A stretch of DNA of 64,000 nt from Candidatus Hermodarchaeota archaeon (GTDB lineage: Archaea > Asgardarchaeota > Thorarchaeia > Thorarchaeales > Thorarchaeaceae): assembly GCA_048885865.1 (NCBI GenBank), contig JBHLLF010000003.1:32001-96000 (forward strand). Reading direction: 5' to 3'. Positions 19,776-29,353 of the stretch are shown piece after piece. The notes below the pieces were generated by a model. The model did no database searches and was not told the origin of the DNA. It worked only from the letters and a program-made list of their open reading frames with translations. Numbering within the stretch: position 1 is the stretch's first letter; the number at the start of each line of letters is the position of its first letter. The position numbers and the translations under genes were made by a program.

Positions 19776-22700
19776 ATGCACCTGCCCTTTGTCCACGGAA
19801 TCGAAGTGGAACTTCAAGTAATCAAAAAGGATGGGTCGTGGATTCGAGGTGAAGAAATACTCACCATCTTTGATAAGCTAATCTCGAATGCCAAGGCATT
19901 GCTTGACAAGAGGATCCAAACAGCTAGAGTGGATTCTGTGAAAAAGAAGTATAGGCGTTCCAGTCAGACAGAGGAAGGAGAACGCGGCTCAAGAGTTGTA
20001 GTTGTATATGATAATCCAAAGGGAGAGCCGACTGAATTTACACTTCTTGGACATGATCCCAATGTTACGAGTCTGACTTGGATACTGGAGATTGCAACTC
20101 CTCCCTGCACCTCGATCGAAGAGCTGGCATGGTGGATACAAACACTCATTGCCATCTCCTACGAATCCCTCCCCAAGGAAGCTCGTGCAATTCTCATATC
20201 AACTGGATTGAATCCTGCTCAGGAGTATCTCAAGAATCTCTCATTTGGAGAGCATCATCATATTCTGGGACCAGATGTAGATGACAAGGTAAGAATAGCT
20301 GTTTACAATATGCTTCGAAATTTCATCCCACATCTCATTGCCCTCTCCGTAAACTCCCCATTTGAGAATAAGAAACCGACTGATGTTGTTGAAATTGATG
20401 ATGAGGGGCGGACAAGGGCACCGAGATGCAAGAGGTCAATTAGACTCGTTAAAAATACGACCCAGCTTGGACCTACAAATGAGTTTGAACTCATTCCATA
20501 TATGGTACAACCTGATAAGGAAGCCTTTGCCAGGCACGTGAATCGTAGTTATTCCAGAATGGTCGATATGTATCCATTTCATAGGCTGGGAACGGTCGAG
20601 CTTCGAGTCTTTGACACACAATTGTCAATACCTCGTAGGATTGGCATTGCGTTATTGCTTCAAGCTCTTGCGTTAAAGGCCAAGAGAATGGTGGAACGGG
20701 GAGAAAAAATCCCTAATGCAGGAGCGAAATCACTTGCAGCCAACCGTGAATCAGCTGTTTCGGCGGGGCTATGGGGTCCATTCCGACCCGGCACTAAAAC
20801 CGATAATCCCGAGTTCATGCACATATACAACCACATGATTGACGATGAAGGTGCCATTGAGGATCGAAGAAGAAACCGCTTCATGGGTGATGCTGTAATA
20901 TCAATGCTCTATCTGATTCAAAACGAGTTGGAAGAGCTAGATATCGTTGATAACCCGTTTATGCAGTCAATTCTTATTTCGGTGTTTGGGAGCGAGGTTG
21001 TACCACCGAGGACTACTAGTGCAGACTTCCAGCTTGACATCTATGCAAAATCCGAGATGAATATGGTAGTATTACTGAAGAGCCTCGCTGACATCACTAG
21101 GGAATGCTGTACTAACTGGGTATATGATCCACTTGAAGGTACACCGAAATTGCCTACATGGTTGTGCTGGTGGACTGGTCTCGAGCCAGAAATTCTGACG
21201 GACATAGAACAGCTTTTTGCGGGGCAGGAAGCTGAATTCGTCGTTTCGCTCAGGAATACTGGCGATCGTCCTCTCCTTAGCCTTGGCGTGGATTTTGCAA
21301 TCGAAGATTCAGACAGAAATGTGGTACATGAGGGTACACGTACTGTTCAAGAGATCAGCTCAGGGCAGATTCATACCGAACGAATTGCTTTCCAGACCGC
21401 TAAGGATGTTACTGCGTACAACATTATTGTTACTATCGCTCTAGGCGGGAAACAAATACACCTAACTGGAACATTGACCACATACTGGATGAAGGCTAGT
21501 ATCAGACCAGGCACAACAACACAATTCTCTGATGGGAAGACCCCCGTTCTTTATGTAGGCGACATTGAAACCAACTTCCCAGAAGCAACTGATGTAACAG
21601 TAGACATAGCTGTCATTTCTCCCCGCAAAGAGCGAGTCCTTGCTATAGTAACGGATAAGCTTCGAGTAGAGAGTCTGGACACATTGCTTTTCGACCAATC
21701 AAGCCTTCCAGACCTCATAGTCCCGACTGATGCTTCACACGGCGTTGAACGATGTACACTGCGACTTAATCTCGTAGATGCAGAAGAGGAGCTAATTACC
21801 TCAGTGATGTCAAAGCCATTCTATATTGGATTCGCTAGGAAAGGCCCTCAACTTCTGTTTGATGCAGACATTAAGGGAGTCTATTATCCTGGAGATTTAG
21901 TGGTTGGAGAGATTGAACTCGCGTCAAAGAAACATTCTATGAGCAAATCTGCTTTTCTTATAGTCGAGTTTCGCTCAGATTCAGGCGAGCACAATGAAAT
22001 TACTCGATTTGGCATTGAAGAGGTTGCTGAGGGCCCTGTCAGATTTACGTGGCGAGTGCCACAAATTGAATCAGATGAGTTGTCACACCGTGCAGGTGTA
22101 ATTGTATCCTCATTGGTGGACAAGGGGAAGGAAGTTACTTCCATAGAAACCGCTCGCTTCAGAATTGATCGCCTTGGGGTTCTGCTCAATATTGACTCAC
22201 TCCGCGCTCCAGATACGGCTCACATTGGAGGCAAGATTGCTGGATGGTTGAGGGTGCGACGCAACACAGAACTAGGTGGACCAGCTAGATTGGTAATTTC
22301 ACTGAAGTTCCCGGACGAGGGTGAACAAGTAATCCTTGAGCAGGGAGTAAAGCAAAGTAAGAATCTCTCATTGGCATTTGGTCCCGTCACAATTCCAGAG
22401 CCAAAAGGGAAGAAGAAACAGTCTAGTGTGACCCTGACTGCAAAGCTGACATATGATGGCATTGTCATTGATCAGAGATCCACTGAGATAGCCCTGTCCG
22501 ATGGTCCTGAAGGACAAATCGCAAGCATGAGCTTTGCAGGAGTCCCTGCGTTTGTTTTGCCAGATGAGGAAATCAGCCCAGTCCTTCATTTGACTAATAT
22601 CACAGGAAAGAAGCTGAAATATGATGTCAGAATAGAATTGGAGTCTATCGGAGGTACTGATCAACTGCTTAGGAGCTCTCGAACTCTGGAGTCGGGTAAG

Positions 22701-23186
22701 AGCAAGATTCTGCCCATAAAGCTGCGCGTGCCACTTAGTGCAGAGATGAGTACAGCACATCTAAAGGCCATCGTGAAGTGCGGCAGACTCACTATGGAGA
22801 GAAAGGAGCGATTTAAGGTCAAAGCTATTGAGAGTCCTGTGTTTGATGTCGATCTCTGGATTCGAAAGAAATCAGGTGAGGATGTACCCGGACTTGTCGC
22901 GAGGCTTACAAAGGTAGACCTCGGAGCCAAGATATGTGGTCTGAAAGAAGGGATGAAAGACCTAGGGATAATTCTCAGGGTTATGTCAAGAAGAGAGATA
23001 GTGAAACAGTTCAAAGCTTCGCTTTCCAATTTTGATGCAGGCGAAGAGGAAATCACCTTCCATTGGACTACACCTCCTGTTGATATGGTTACTGGATTCT
23101 ACTTGGATGCTGTTATCACTCAGGATGGAAAGACCCTTCCAGACAGAGCGGTTCGGCAGGACCAGAAGCAATTCACAGTGTACTGA
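19776..23186 (+). CDS. GCS2-type (glutamate--cysteine/carboxylate-amine) ligase fused to multiple beta-sandwich domains
   Basis: HGIEVELQ, LEIATP, FGEHHH, ALSVNSPF and TVELRVFD in the first ~300 aa, then ~660 aa of beta-strand-rich Ig/CARDB-like modules (e.g. VSLRNTG, LHLTNITG). Confidence 0.8.
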   Translation: MHLPFVHGIEVELQVIKKDGSWIRGEEILTIFDKLISNAKALLDKRIQTARVDSVKKKYRRSSQTEEGERGSRVVVVYDNPKGEPTEFTLLGHDPNVTSLTWILEIATPPCTSIEELAWWIQTLIAISYESLPKEARAILISTGLNPAQEYLKNLSFGEHHHILGPDVDDKVRIAVYNMLRNFIPHLIALSVNSPFENKKPTDVVEIDDEGRTRAPRCKRSIRLVKNTTQLGPTNEFELIPYMVQPDKEAFARHVNRSYSRMVDMYPFHRLGTVELRVFDTQLSIPRRIGIALLLQALALKAKRMVERGEKIPNAGAKSLAANRESAVSAGLWGPFRPGTKTDNPEFMHIYNHMIDDEGAIEDRRRNRFMGDAVISMLYLIQNELEELDIVDNPFMQSILISVFGSEVVPPRTTSADFQLDIYAKSEMNMVVLLKSLADITRECCTNWVYDPLEGTPKLPTWLCWWTGLEPEILTDIEQLFAGQEAEFVVSLRNTGDRPLLSLGVDFAIEDSDRNVVHEGTRTVQEISSGQIHTERIAFQTAKDVTAYNIIVTIALGGKQIHLTGTLTTYWMKASIRPGTTTQFSDGKTPVLYVGDIETNFPEATDVTVDIAVISPRKERVLAIVTDKLRVESLDTLLFDQSSLPDLIVPTDASHGVERCTLRLNLVDAEEELITSVMSKPFYIGFARKGPQLLFDADIKGVYYPGDLVVGEIELASKKHSMSKSAFLIVEFRSDSGEHNEITRFGIEEVAEGPVRFTWRVPQIESDELSHRAGVIVSSLVDKGKEVTSIETARFRIDRLGVLLNIDSLRAPDTAHIGGKIAGWLRVRRNTELGGPARLVISLKFPDEGEQVILEQGVKQSKNLSLAFGPVTIPEPKGKKKQSSVTLTAKLTYDGIVIDQRSTEIALSDGPEGQIASMSFAGVPAFVLPDEEISPVLHLTNITGKKLKYDVRIELESIGGTDQLLRSSRTLESGKSKILPIKLRVPLSAEMSTAHLKAIVKCGRLTMERKERFKVKAIESPVFDVDLWIRKKSGEDVPGLVARLTKVDLGAKICGLKEGMKDLGIILRVMSRREIVKQFKASLSNFDAGEEEITFHWTTPPVDMVTGFYLDAVITQDGKTLPDRAVRQDQKQFTVY

Positions 23187-23433
23187 TTGATTGGTATAAT
23201 ATATCATACAGATGTCTAAGAGTTCTAGGACCATAAAACAATCCTAGAAGAAAAACGATGTAGAGTTCGACATTTGTCTGTTCAGTTTGCAAAGGTATAA
23301 TAGGGACAGCACGGCCGCCATTTGTTAATCGGAGTAGTTCGCTGAAAGCAGGTATATGGTCATAGAACTGTATTAACATGGTGATTGTTGGAGTCAACAA
23401 ATGAATCAATGACTGAAGTAATGTAGTGCGGAT

Positions 23434-24372
23434 GTGAATCTGATGCAGGAGCTATTGACCCACCCGGTAGTGTCCGGGCTTCTTGTGATGGCGCTAGTTG
23501 GCGTCCTCGCGTATAAGGCAGGATTTCTTGACATCTCAGGAATGATTAGCGCCTTTGTAGTGGGTTTTGCAGTTTGGTATACTGGAGGCCCACCTGCATT
23601 CACAATTCTGCTTTTCTTCTTCTTCACTTCTGGCCTAGCTACTAAATTCAAATACAAAGCCAAAGCGAAGCAAGGACTTGCTCAGGAGGCAAAGGGAAAG
23701 AGGTCTTACAGGAATGTACTAGCTAGTGGGATAATCCCGCTATTCTTCTCAACTGCCTGGTACATTGCTAGGGCAAATCCATCTTTGGGAATCGACCCCT
23801 TCTGGATGTTTGGAGGCTTTGTTGGAGCTGTCGCAACAACTGCAGCCGACACATTGGCTTCTGAAATAGGTGTGTTTAGCAAAACCAAGCCTCGACTAAT
23901 CACCAATCTAAGGAGAAGAGTCCCAAGAGGCACAATTGGAGCTGTGTCGCTTCTGGGCGAGGCTGTAGCCGCTGCAGCTGGTTTGGCGATCGGCATAATC
24001 GCCGTTGTCTTTGCACTGATATCTTCTGGATCAGAGTGGGGTTCTGTCCCAGTTGCTAATGCCACACAGTTCATGTTCATAATCCCATTATCTATCCTTA
24101 CAGGGTTCATAGGATGCAACCTCGATAGTCTCATTGGCGCCGTTGCCCAGAATAGATACGTTTGCGAGATTTGTGGGGCCATCACAGACAGAGAATTTCA
24201 TTGCAGCTATGAAACAAAGTATGTGGGTGGATTCAAGCAATTTACTAATGTCCATGTCAATCTAGGGTCATCGACCATGGGGGCAACTCTGGGCATAGTA
24301 CTAGGTGCTGGATTGTTTGTATGGATTTTGGGTGGCCTGTTCTTCTGGATTGCTGCATCATCCAGCAGCTAA
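23434..24372 (+). CDS. DUF92 / TMEM19-like membrane protein
   Basis: LDISG, RSYRNVLASG, ADTLASEIG, GAVSLLGE, DSLIGA, plus a CEICG..HC Zn-finger insert. Confidence 0.88.
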   Translation: MNLMQELLTHPVVSGLLVMALVGVLAYKAGFLDISGMISAFVVGFAVWYTGGPPAFTILLFFFFTSGLATKFKYKAKAKQGLAQEAKGKRSYRNVLASGIIPLFFSTAWYIARANPSLGIDPFWMFGGFVGAVATTAADTLASEIGVFSKTKPRLITNLRRRVPRGTIGAVSLLGEAVAAAAGLAIGIIAVVFALISSGSEWGSVPVANATQFMFIIPLSILTGFIGCNLDSLIGAVAQNRYVCEICGAITDREFHCSYETKYVGGFKQFTNVHVNLGSSTMGATLGIVLGAGLFVWILGGLFFWIAASSSS

Positions 24373-25724
24373 GATTTCTGCATCTGTTTCTGCTCATGCT
24401 TCATTGCGGTTGCAAAAGCTTCTGATACACTTGCTCCTTTTGCCAACGATTGTAGGAATTTCGCCATGAACCATCTTGTGATATCCTCAGTTGAGTACTC
24501 GCGAACGTGCCAAATGGGCTTGGAGGCCTTATTGGTGAAGACCTTGAAAGTTTCCTTGCTTTGCATCACAATCAGAGCTGCATCTGTCACCCTCTGCAGC
24601 GTAGGAATGGGATTCGATCCCAGTTGTTTCTTGACCTCAGTCCATTCACGCTTCGAAATCACTAACACATCAATCTGACTCAGAACGGGCTCAATCTCGT
24701 GTACACCTCGCTTCCAGAAGTGCGGCGAACACCGATATACTGTAGGCACCCCATTCGCTTTTGCATATGCTGCAATTGAGACTGCAACCTCAAGGAATAT
24801 CTCGCCCAGATAGACCACTTTGGCAGTGCTAATGATATGCCAAGGCACTTGGGAAGGAGAAGTCAAGGAGAGTGCGGACATCTCTCCAATGCCAACCAGA
24901 GTTCGAGTACCTTCATCCTCATCAACTATGATAGTCTCGTTTGTGTGCTTTTCATCCTCGACTACAAAACGAGATACATCCACATTTTGGCTTGCAAGAT
25001 TCGATATCACAGACCAGCCATCCCGATCATTGCCTACGGAGGAAACCAAGGTAACGGGAAATCCTGCATCTGCAAGGGTGAGTGCTAGCTCCACAGTTGA
25101 GCCTCCAGGTTCGCGATGGGGAACACTACAGCCCATCTCTCCTCCCAGAGCAGGCATTTTCGAGCAGCTGATTGTCGTGAAATATGCGGAGGCGCCAAAC
25201 AAAATGTAATCAGGTTTCTCATAAACTTGTGACCCTTTTAGAATGGCTGCTGCCCGCGTTCGAGCAAACACATCGAAGATAGCGGACGAATCAAGACCGC
25301 GCTCACGATATAGAGAAACAAGACTCGAGAGATAGTCCTCAAGCAGAGATGCAGTAAGATCACCAAGGTCGGATGGAAGACTGGCGGAAAATAGACGGGC
25401 GATGCCCCATCCAATCTTCGTCAAAGTATGTATGACAACACGTTTTCCGCCTACCACTGAGGTATCTGTGACAATGAGATCGAACTCTTTGAGCGCTTTC
25501 AGGTAGGAGAGTATGCTCTTATTTGAATAGGGGAGACCCTGTACAAGATCACGCTGCAAGGCTCTTCCATTTTCATCGAAGGATGTGAGAACGCCTGATG
25601 CAACTTTTGAAGCAAGTACTTTTCTAATGAACAGCTGCTTGCGCTCCAAGTCCTCCGGTAAGAACATGACATAGGGCCAGATATGCTCCTTTGACGCCAT
25701 TTCACTTGTCTCCAACATGTTCAT
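24369..25724 (-). CDS. Winged-helix regulator fused to PfkB-like (pseudo)kinase domain
   Basis: N-terminal wHTH (QRDLV..YSNKSILSYLKALKEFDLI). PfkB N-signature present (PGGS..ALTLA..G, SVGNDRDG), but no C-terminal DTxGAGD. Confidence 0.75.
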   Translation of the reverse strand: MNMLETSEMASKEHIWPYVMFLPEDLERKQLFIRKVLASKVASGVLTSFDENGRALQRDLVQGLPYSNKSILSYLKALKEFDLIVTDTSVVGGKRVVIHTLTKIGWGIARLFSASLPSDLGDLTASLLEDYLSSLVSLYRERGLDSSAIFDVFARTRAAAILKGSQVYEKPDYILFGASAYFTTISCSKMPALGGEMGCSVPHREPGGSTVELALTLADAGFPVTLVSSVGNDRDGWSVISNLASQNVDVSRFVVEDEKHTNETIIVDEDEGTRTLVGIGEMSALSLTSPSQVPWHIISTAKVVYLGEIFLEVAVSIAAYAKANGVPTVYRCSPHFWKRGVHEIEPVLSQIDVLVISKREWTEVKKQLGSNPIPTLQRVTDAALIVMQSKETFKVFTNKASKPIWHVREYSTEDITRWFMAKFLQSLAKGASVSEAFATAMKHEQKQMQKS

Positions 25725-25805
25725 ATACTCGTTTAGGGCAGCGGTCTAGTGTACAAAACTGCCTATGTAGTTTACTGAAGTACATTTAGTGATGGTGGAA
25801 AAGAG

Positions 25806-26597
25806 ATGTCGAATTTCTCGAAAACTGGCGCTTACCCTTGGGCTCTTGTGGGAATTTTCGCTGCAGTACAGCTAGTGATGACCATTTTTCCAATGACATT
25901 TGCAATAGGGACTGGAGGTGCTCTCACATTGGGCCTGATAGCAGCCCCAATAATTGGATATCTACTTGGACCAATTTACGGTATCATTTCAGTATTCATT
26001 GGTTCATTCCTTGGAGTGGCGATAGATGTCGCTGTACATCCTTTATTGTGGCTTACTCCAATAGCTCCAACAATTAGCGCATTTATTGCTGGGGCCTTGA
26101 GAGTGAGAAAAGCACTGATTGTCCCCCTTGTCTACATAATTGCAATTGCCCTCTTCATGATCAGCCCAATTGGACTTCTGTCATATTATTTCCTGTGGTT
26201 CCATATCATTGCATTCCTGATGTCATTTCTATTCATAATACCCAAAATCAGGACACCCATGTTGGATGGGCTTGATGGAACCAAAGGCACGAAGCCATAT
26301 GTTGGCTTCTTTGCCATCTGGATTTTCAGTCTGATTGCGGTTCTTGGTGATCAATTGGTCGGTTCAGCAGTTGGCTCGTTCCTATTCGTTGCTTTAGGAA
26401 CTGATGCGGCTACCGTGGCAGGATGGTATACGTTTATCATTTTCATCTACCCAGTTGAGAGGCTACTTGCATCAATTGCGGCTGCCTTTGTCATCTTTGC
26501 GCTTTCGATTACCCTAGCCAAGTCACTTCTGCCCTTGCCGACTCAACCATGGGGAGAGGGAGTCCTGGAACTTTCTGAACAAGAAATTGATGATTAA
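25806..26597 (+). CDS. ECF transporter S-component-like membrane protein
   Basis: IFAAV..,APIIGYLLGPIYG..SVFIG, PVERL; 6-7 TMs. Confidence 0.65.
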   Translation: MSNFSKTGAYPWALVGIFAAVQLVMTIFPMTFAIGTGGALTLGLIAAPIIGYLLGPIYGIISVFIGSFLGVAIDVAVHPLLWLTPIAPTISAFIAGALRVRKALIVPLVYIIAIALFMISPIGLLSYYFLWFHIIAFLMSFLFIIPKIRTPMLDGLDGTKGTKPYVGFFAIWIFSLIAVLGDQLVGSAVGSFLFVALGTDAATVAGWYTFIIFIYPVERLLASIAAAFVIFALSITLAKSLLPLPTQPWGEGVLELSEQEIDD

Positions 26598-26750
26598 CAA
26601 ATCTAGAGAGTCTTGTCAGATATCAATGGAAATTTGGCGGCATCGAGACGAAGCTTCATATGCGTTCCCGTGAATTGGCACACAGAACGGGGGTTTCACA
26701 TCCGTTTCGTTCAAGCTAAATGCTTGGACTAGGACAGGAGAAAATAGAGA

Positions 26751-27590
26751 TTGCAGTTTATTGATCCATATTGGGGAACGGTACTCCTCCTCGGATTTGT
26801 GTTCCTCTTCATACTGATGTTTATTGCTAGTGGAATCAAGGTCCTCAGAGAATGGGAACGCATTGCGATTCTTCGACTCGGAAAGTTTCAAGGCATCAAG
26901 GGTCCTGGTATAACTTGGGTCACGCCAATTCTTGACAAGATTGCGATGAAGGTCTCCCTCAGGCTATTGACCTATGCCTTCAAGACAGAGAGGTCTCTAA
27001 CGAAGGATAACGTCCCGGTAGTTGTAGACGCAGTTATGTACTTTCGAGTGATTGACCCGGAGAAAGCGATTCTCAGTGTCGAAAGGTACACTGTTGCTGT
27101 CGAACTCGCTGCTCAAACCACTCTGCGAGAAACTACTGGAAAGGTCACACTTGATGAACTTCTAGCAGAAAGAGACAAGATAGCGGAGCATTTACAGGAG
27201 CTTATCGATGAGAAAACTGAACACTGGGGTGTTAAGGTCACATCTGTGGAAATCCGTGACGTTGTAATTCCAGCAGCGCTACAAGACGCGATGAGCAGAG
27301 AGGCACAAGCTGAGAGAGAACGTCGTGCAAGAATCACTCTGGCAACTGCTGAACTTGAAGCTGCGGAGAATATGTTGAAAGCAGCTAAAAGGTACGAGGA
27401 ATCCAATGTTGGTTTTGTCCTCAGAACTTGGAATATAATGCAGGAGATATCAAAGAACGCGAATCTGATAATCATGGTGCCTACAAACATACCGGAAGTG
27501 GGCGTAACCACAGCCACAGCAGCTGCGATGTCTGCAGGTACTGGTGGGCTAAGGGTGCCCAAGAACAAGGGAATGGCAGATGAAGATTAG
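26751..27590 (+). CDS. SPFH/stomatin (band 7) protein
   Basis: LRLGK..GPG, TKDNVPVVVDAV, AQTTLR, WGVKVTSVEIRDV, AQAERERRA. Confidence 0.95.
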   Translation: MQFIDPYWGTVLLLGFVFLFILMFIASGIKVLREWERIAILRLGKFQGIKGPGITWVTPILDKIAMKVSLRLLTYAFKTERSLTKDNVPVVVDAVMYFRVIDPEKAILSVERYTVAVELAAQTTLRETTGKVTLDELLAERDKIAEHLQELIDEKTEHWGVKVTSVEIRDVVIPAALQDAMSREAQAERERRARITLATAELEAAENMLKAAKRYEESNVGFVLRTWNIMQEISKNANLIIMVPTNIPEVGVTTATAAAMSAGTGGLRVPKNKGMADED

Positions 27591-27610
27591 ATTAACACTG
27601 AGAGGTTGAC

Positions 27611-28312
27611 ATGATGGATGCATGGATTAAGGTCTTCGTCGTGCTATTGCTGATGTCACTGCTCAGTGTCCTCATAGGTTATGTCCTATTTGATCCATTT
27701 GTCGGATTGATTCTTGTGGCGATTGTGCTGACCCTGATGGTTGTGGCAGTTGAGCCAGCAAGTGGCAAGGCGATGGCTCAGGTCATAGTACCAATCGTGC
27801 TAATTCTCTTTGCCATGCAGGTCTTCTTCAGGCCAGAAACCTCATTTGATATCACACAGCTAATCGTCATAGCTGGATTGCTATTCCTGATGCTAGCTAT
27901 CTTCACAGGAGGAGGAGGATTCGTTGACGGCGGATTCATAGATGCAAAAGTGACATGCAAACTCTTTCCATTCTATGGAGTAGCGATTCTGCTATCAGTC
28001 CTCATTGATCCCACAAGGACAATTACCGTCTATCTCATGGTGGGAACGGTCATGGGATTGATGGTCCTCTATGGCATATTCCTTAGGGGCTATGACAAGT
28101 GGCCCGAATTCTCGGAGTATGACAAAATGCATGATGTTATTGCTATTTCAGACATCAATCCCACTGGCAAGGTAAAAGCAGGTGCAGCCATTTGGAGAGC
28201 CAGAACAGATGGTCCGCCCATTAGCAAGGGAGAGAGCGTATCTGTCCGTGGGATAACCGGCTTGACAATGATTGTGGGCCACGAGGTCCCTGGGGAGTCC
28301 AATCAGCGCTAG
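27611..28312 (+). CDS. NfeD-like membrane protein (C-terminal OB domain)
   Basis: TM bundle, then PTGKVKAGAAIWRART..ISKGESVSV..ITGLTMIV; adjacent to the SPFH gene. Confidence 0.82.
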   Translation: MMDAWIKVFVVLLLMSLLSVLIGYVLFDPFVGLILVAIVLTLMVVAVEPASGKAMAQVIVPIVLILFAMQVFFRPETSFDITQLIVIAGLLFLMLAIFTGGGGFVDGGFIDAKVTCKLFPFYGVAILLSVLIDPTRTITVYLMVGTVMGLMVLYGIFLRGYDKWPEFSEYDKMHDVIAISDINPTGKVKAGAAIWRARTDGPPISKGESVSVRGITGLTMIVGHEVPGESNQR

Positions 28313-28324
28313 ACTATTATAGTC

Positions 28325-28346
28325 AGGGTCGGGGAAACCCGACCCT
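28325..28346. terminator. 9-bp hairpin with GAAA loop between convergent genes
   Basis: AGGGTCGGG-GAAA-CCCGACCCT. Confidence 0.7.
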
Positions 28347-29176
28347 CACTTATTCTTCAAAATTTCTTTCAGAAGCACCCAGATTAGTGATAAGCCAAAT
28401 AGAAAACCAAAGACTGTGGTGATTCCCCATTCGATCTGAAATATCTCAACCATGTTCACGGGTTCTAGAGGGTAAACCGGAAACATGACGAATGCTACAA
28501 TATTCCAAGCGTAATGAAAAGCGATTGGAATCCAGAGCCGTTTGCCAGACCAGAAATAGCCGTAGCTGAGAACCACTCCACCCAAGAATAGGTTGAATGT
28601 GAATATCAAAATCAGATGTATTGGAATAGTACCCAATGGAAGCCACCATCCGAAATGGAGTAATGCAAACAAGAGCGAACTGCCTAGAATGGCAGCTGAA
28701 CGTCCGACAACTACCTCCATCCTAGTCAAAAGATAGCCGCGGTAGACTATCTCCTCGAAAAGAGCCACGGGAATTGTGAATATGATTTGGTTTGCTATAA
28801 GATCCCCAGTTATATCAATCGCAGGTCGGAGGTCACCTCCAGAGAATAACGCAATCAAATACACTAGCCCTGCTCCTATAGCCCCAGCAACCGCGCCTAC
28901 GATGAGTTGATGCAATGTTTTGCTGTCTGTTTGTAGGCCCAGACTGGTTACATCACCACCTCGCTCCCAACGCAAGAAAATTATCACTGCAAAATACATC
29001 AGTAGATACAGACCGAAGAATTGGACTGTGCTGATGAGACCTCTAGTTACCTCATCCAGTGATGCTGTGACAATCCCTATGGTTTCGTGAAGAAGATGAA
29101 TCAGTAAGAGTATCAAGGAGAATAATAAGATTCGATGCGGCCCTAAATCATCAGAGCGCAATTTGCTGGCTCCCAT
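28346..29176 (-). CDS. CPBP (Rce1/Abi-type) intramembrane glutamic protease
   Basis: FEEIVYRGY, LFALLH, AFHYAWN. Confidence 0.9.
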   Translation of the reverse strand: MGASKLRSDDLGPHRILLFSLILLLIHLLHETIGIVTASLDEVTRGLISTVQFFGLYLLMYFAVIIFLRWERGGDVTSLGLQTDSKTLHQLIVGAVAGAIGAGLVYLIALFSGGDLRPAIDITGDLIANQIIFTIPVALFEEIVYRGYLLTRMEVVVGRSAAILGSSLLFALLHFGWWLPLGTIPIHLILIFTFNLFLGGVVLSYGYFWSGKRLWIPIAFHYAWNIVAFVMFPVYPLEPVNMVEIFQIEWGITTVFGFLFGLSLIWVLLKEILKNK

Positions 29177-29353
29177 ATCTTGCCGGAGGCGTTTCGCACC
29201 TAAATCTCATCCGGTAAGGCGCGGTAGGACAGACAAGAAGGGTATACATATTGCCAAATTTAATAACTAGGCGTGGCTCTTCGAACTTAATGGGTGGATA
29301 CTAGGTAAGCAAATAACTAGTTCATCCCCTAGATTCACTCGCGCCACGGAGGA

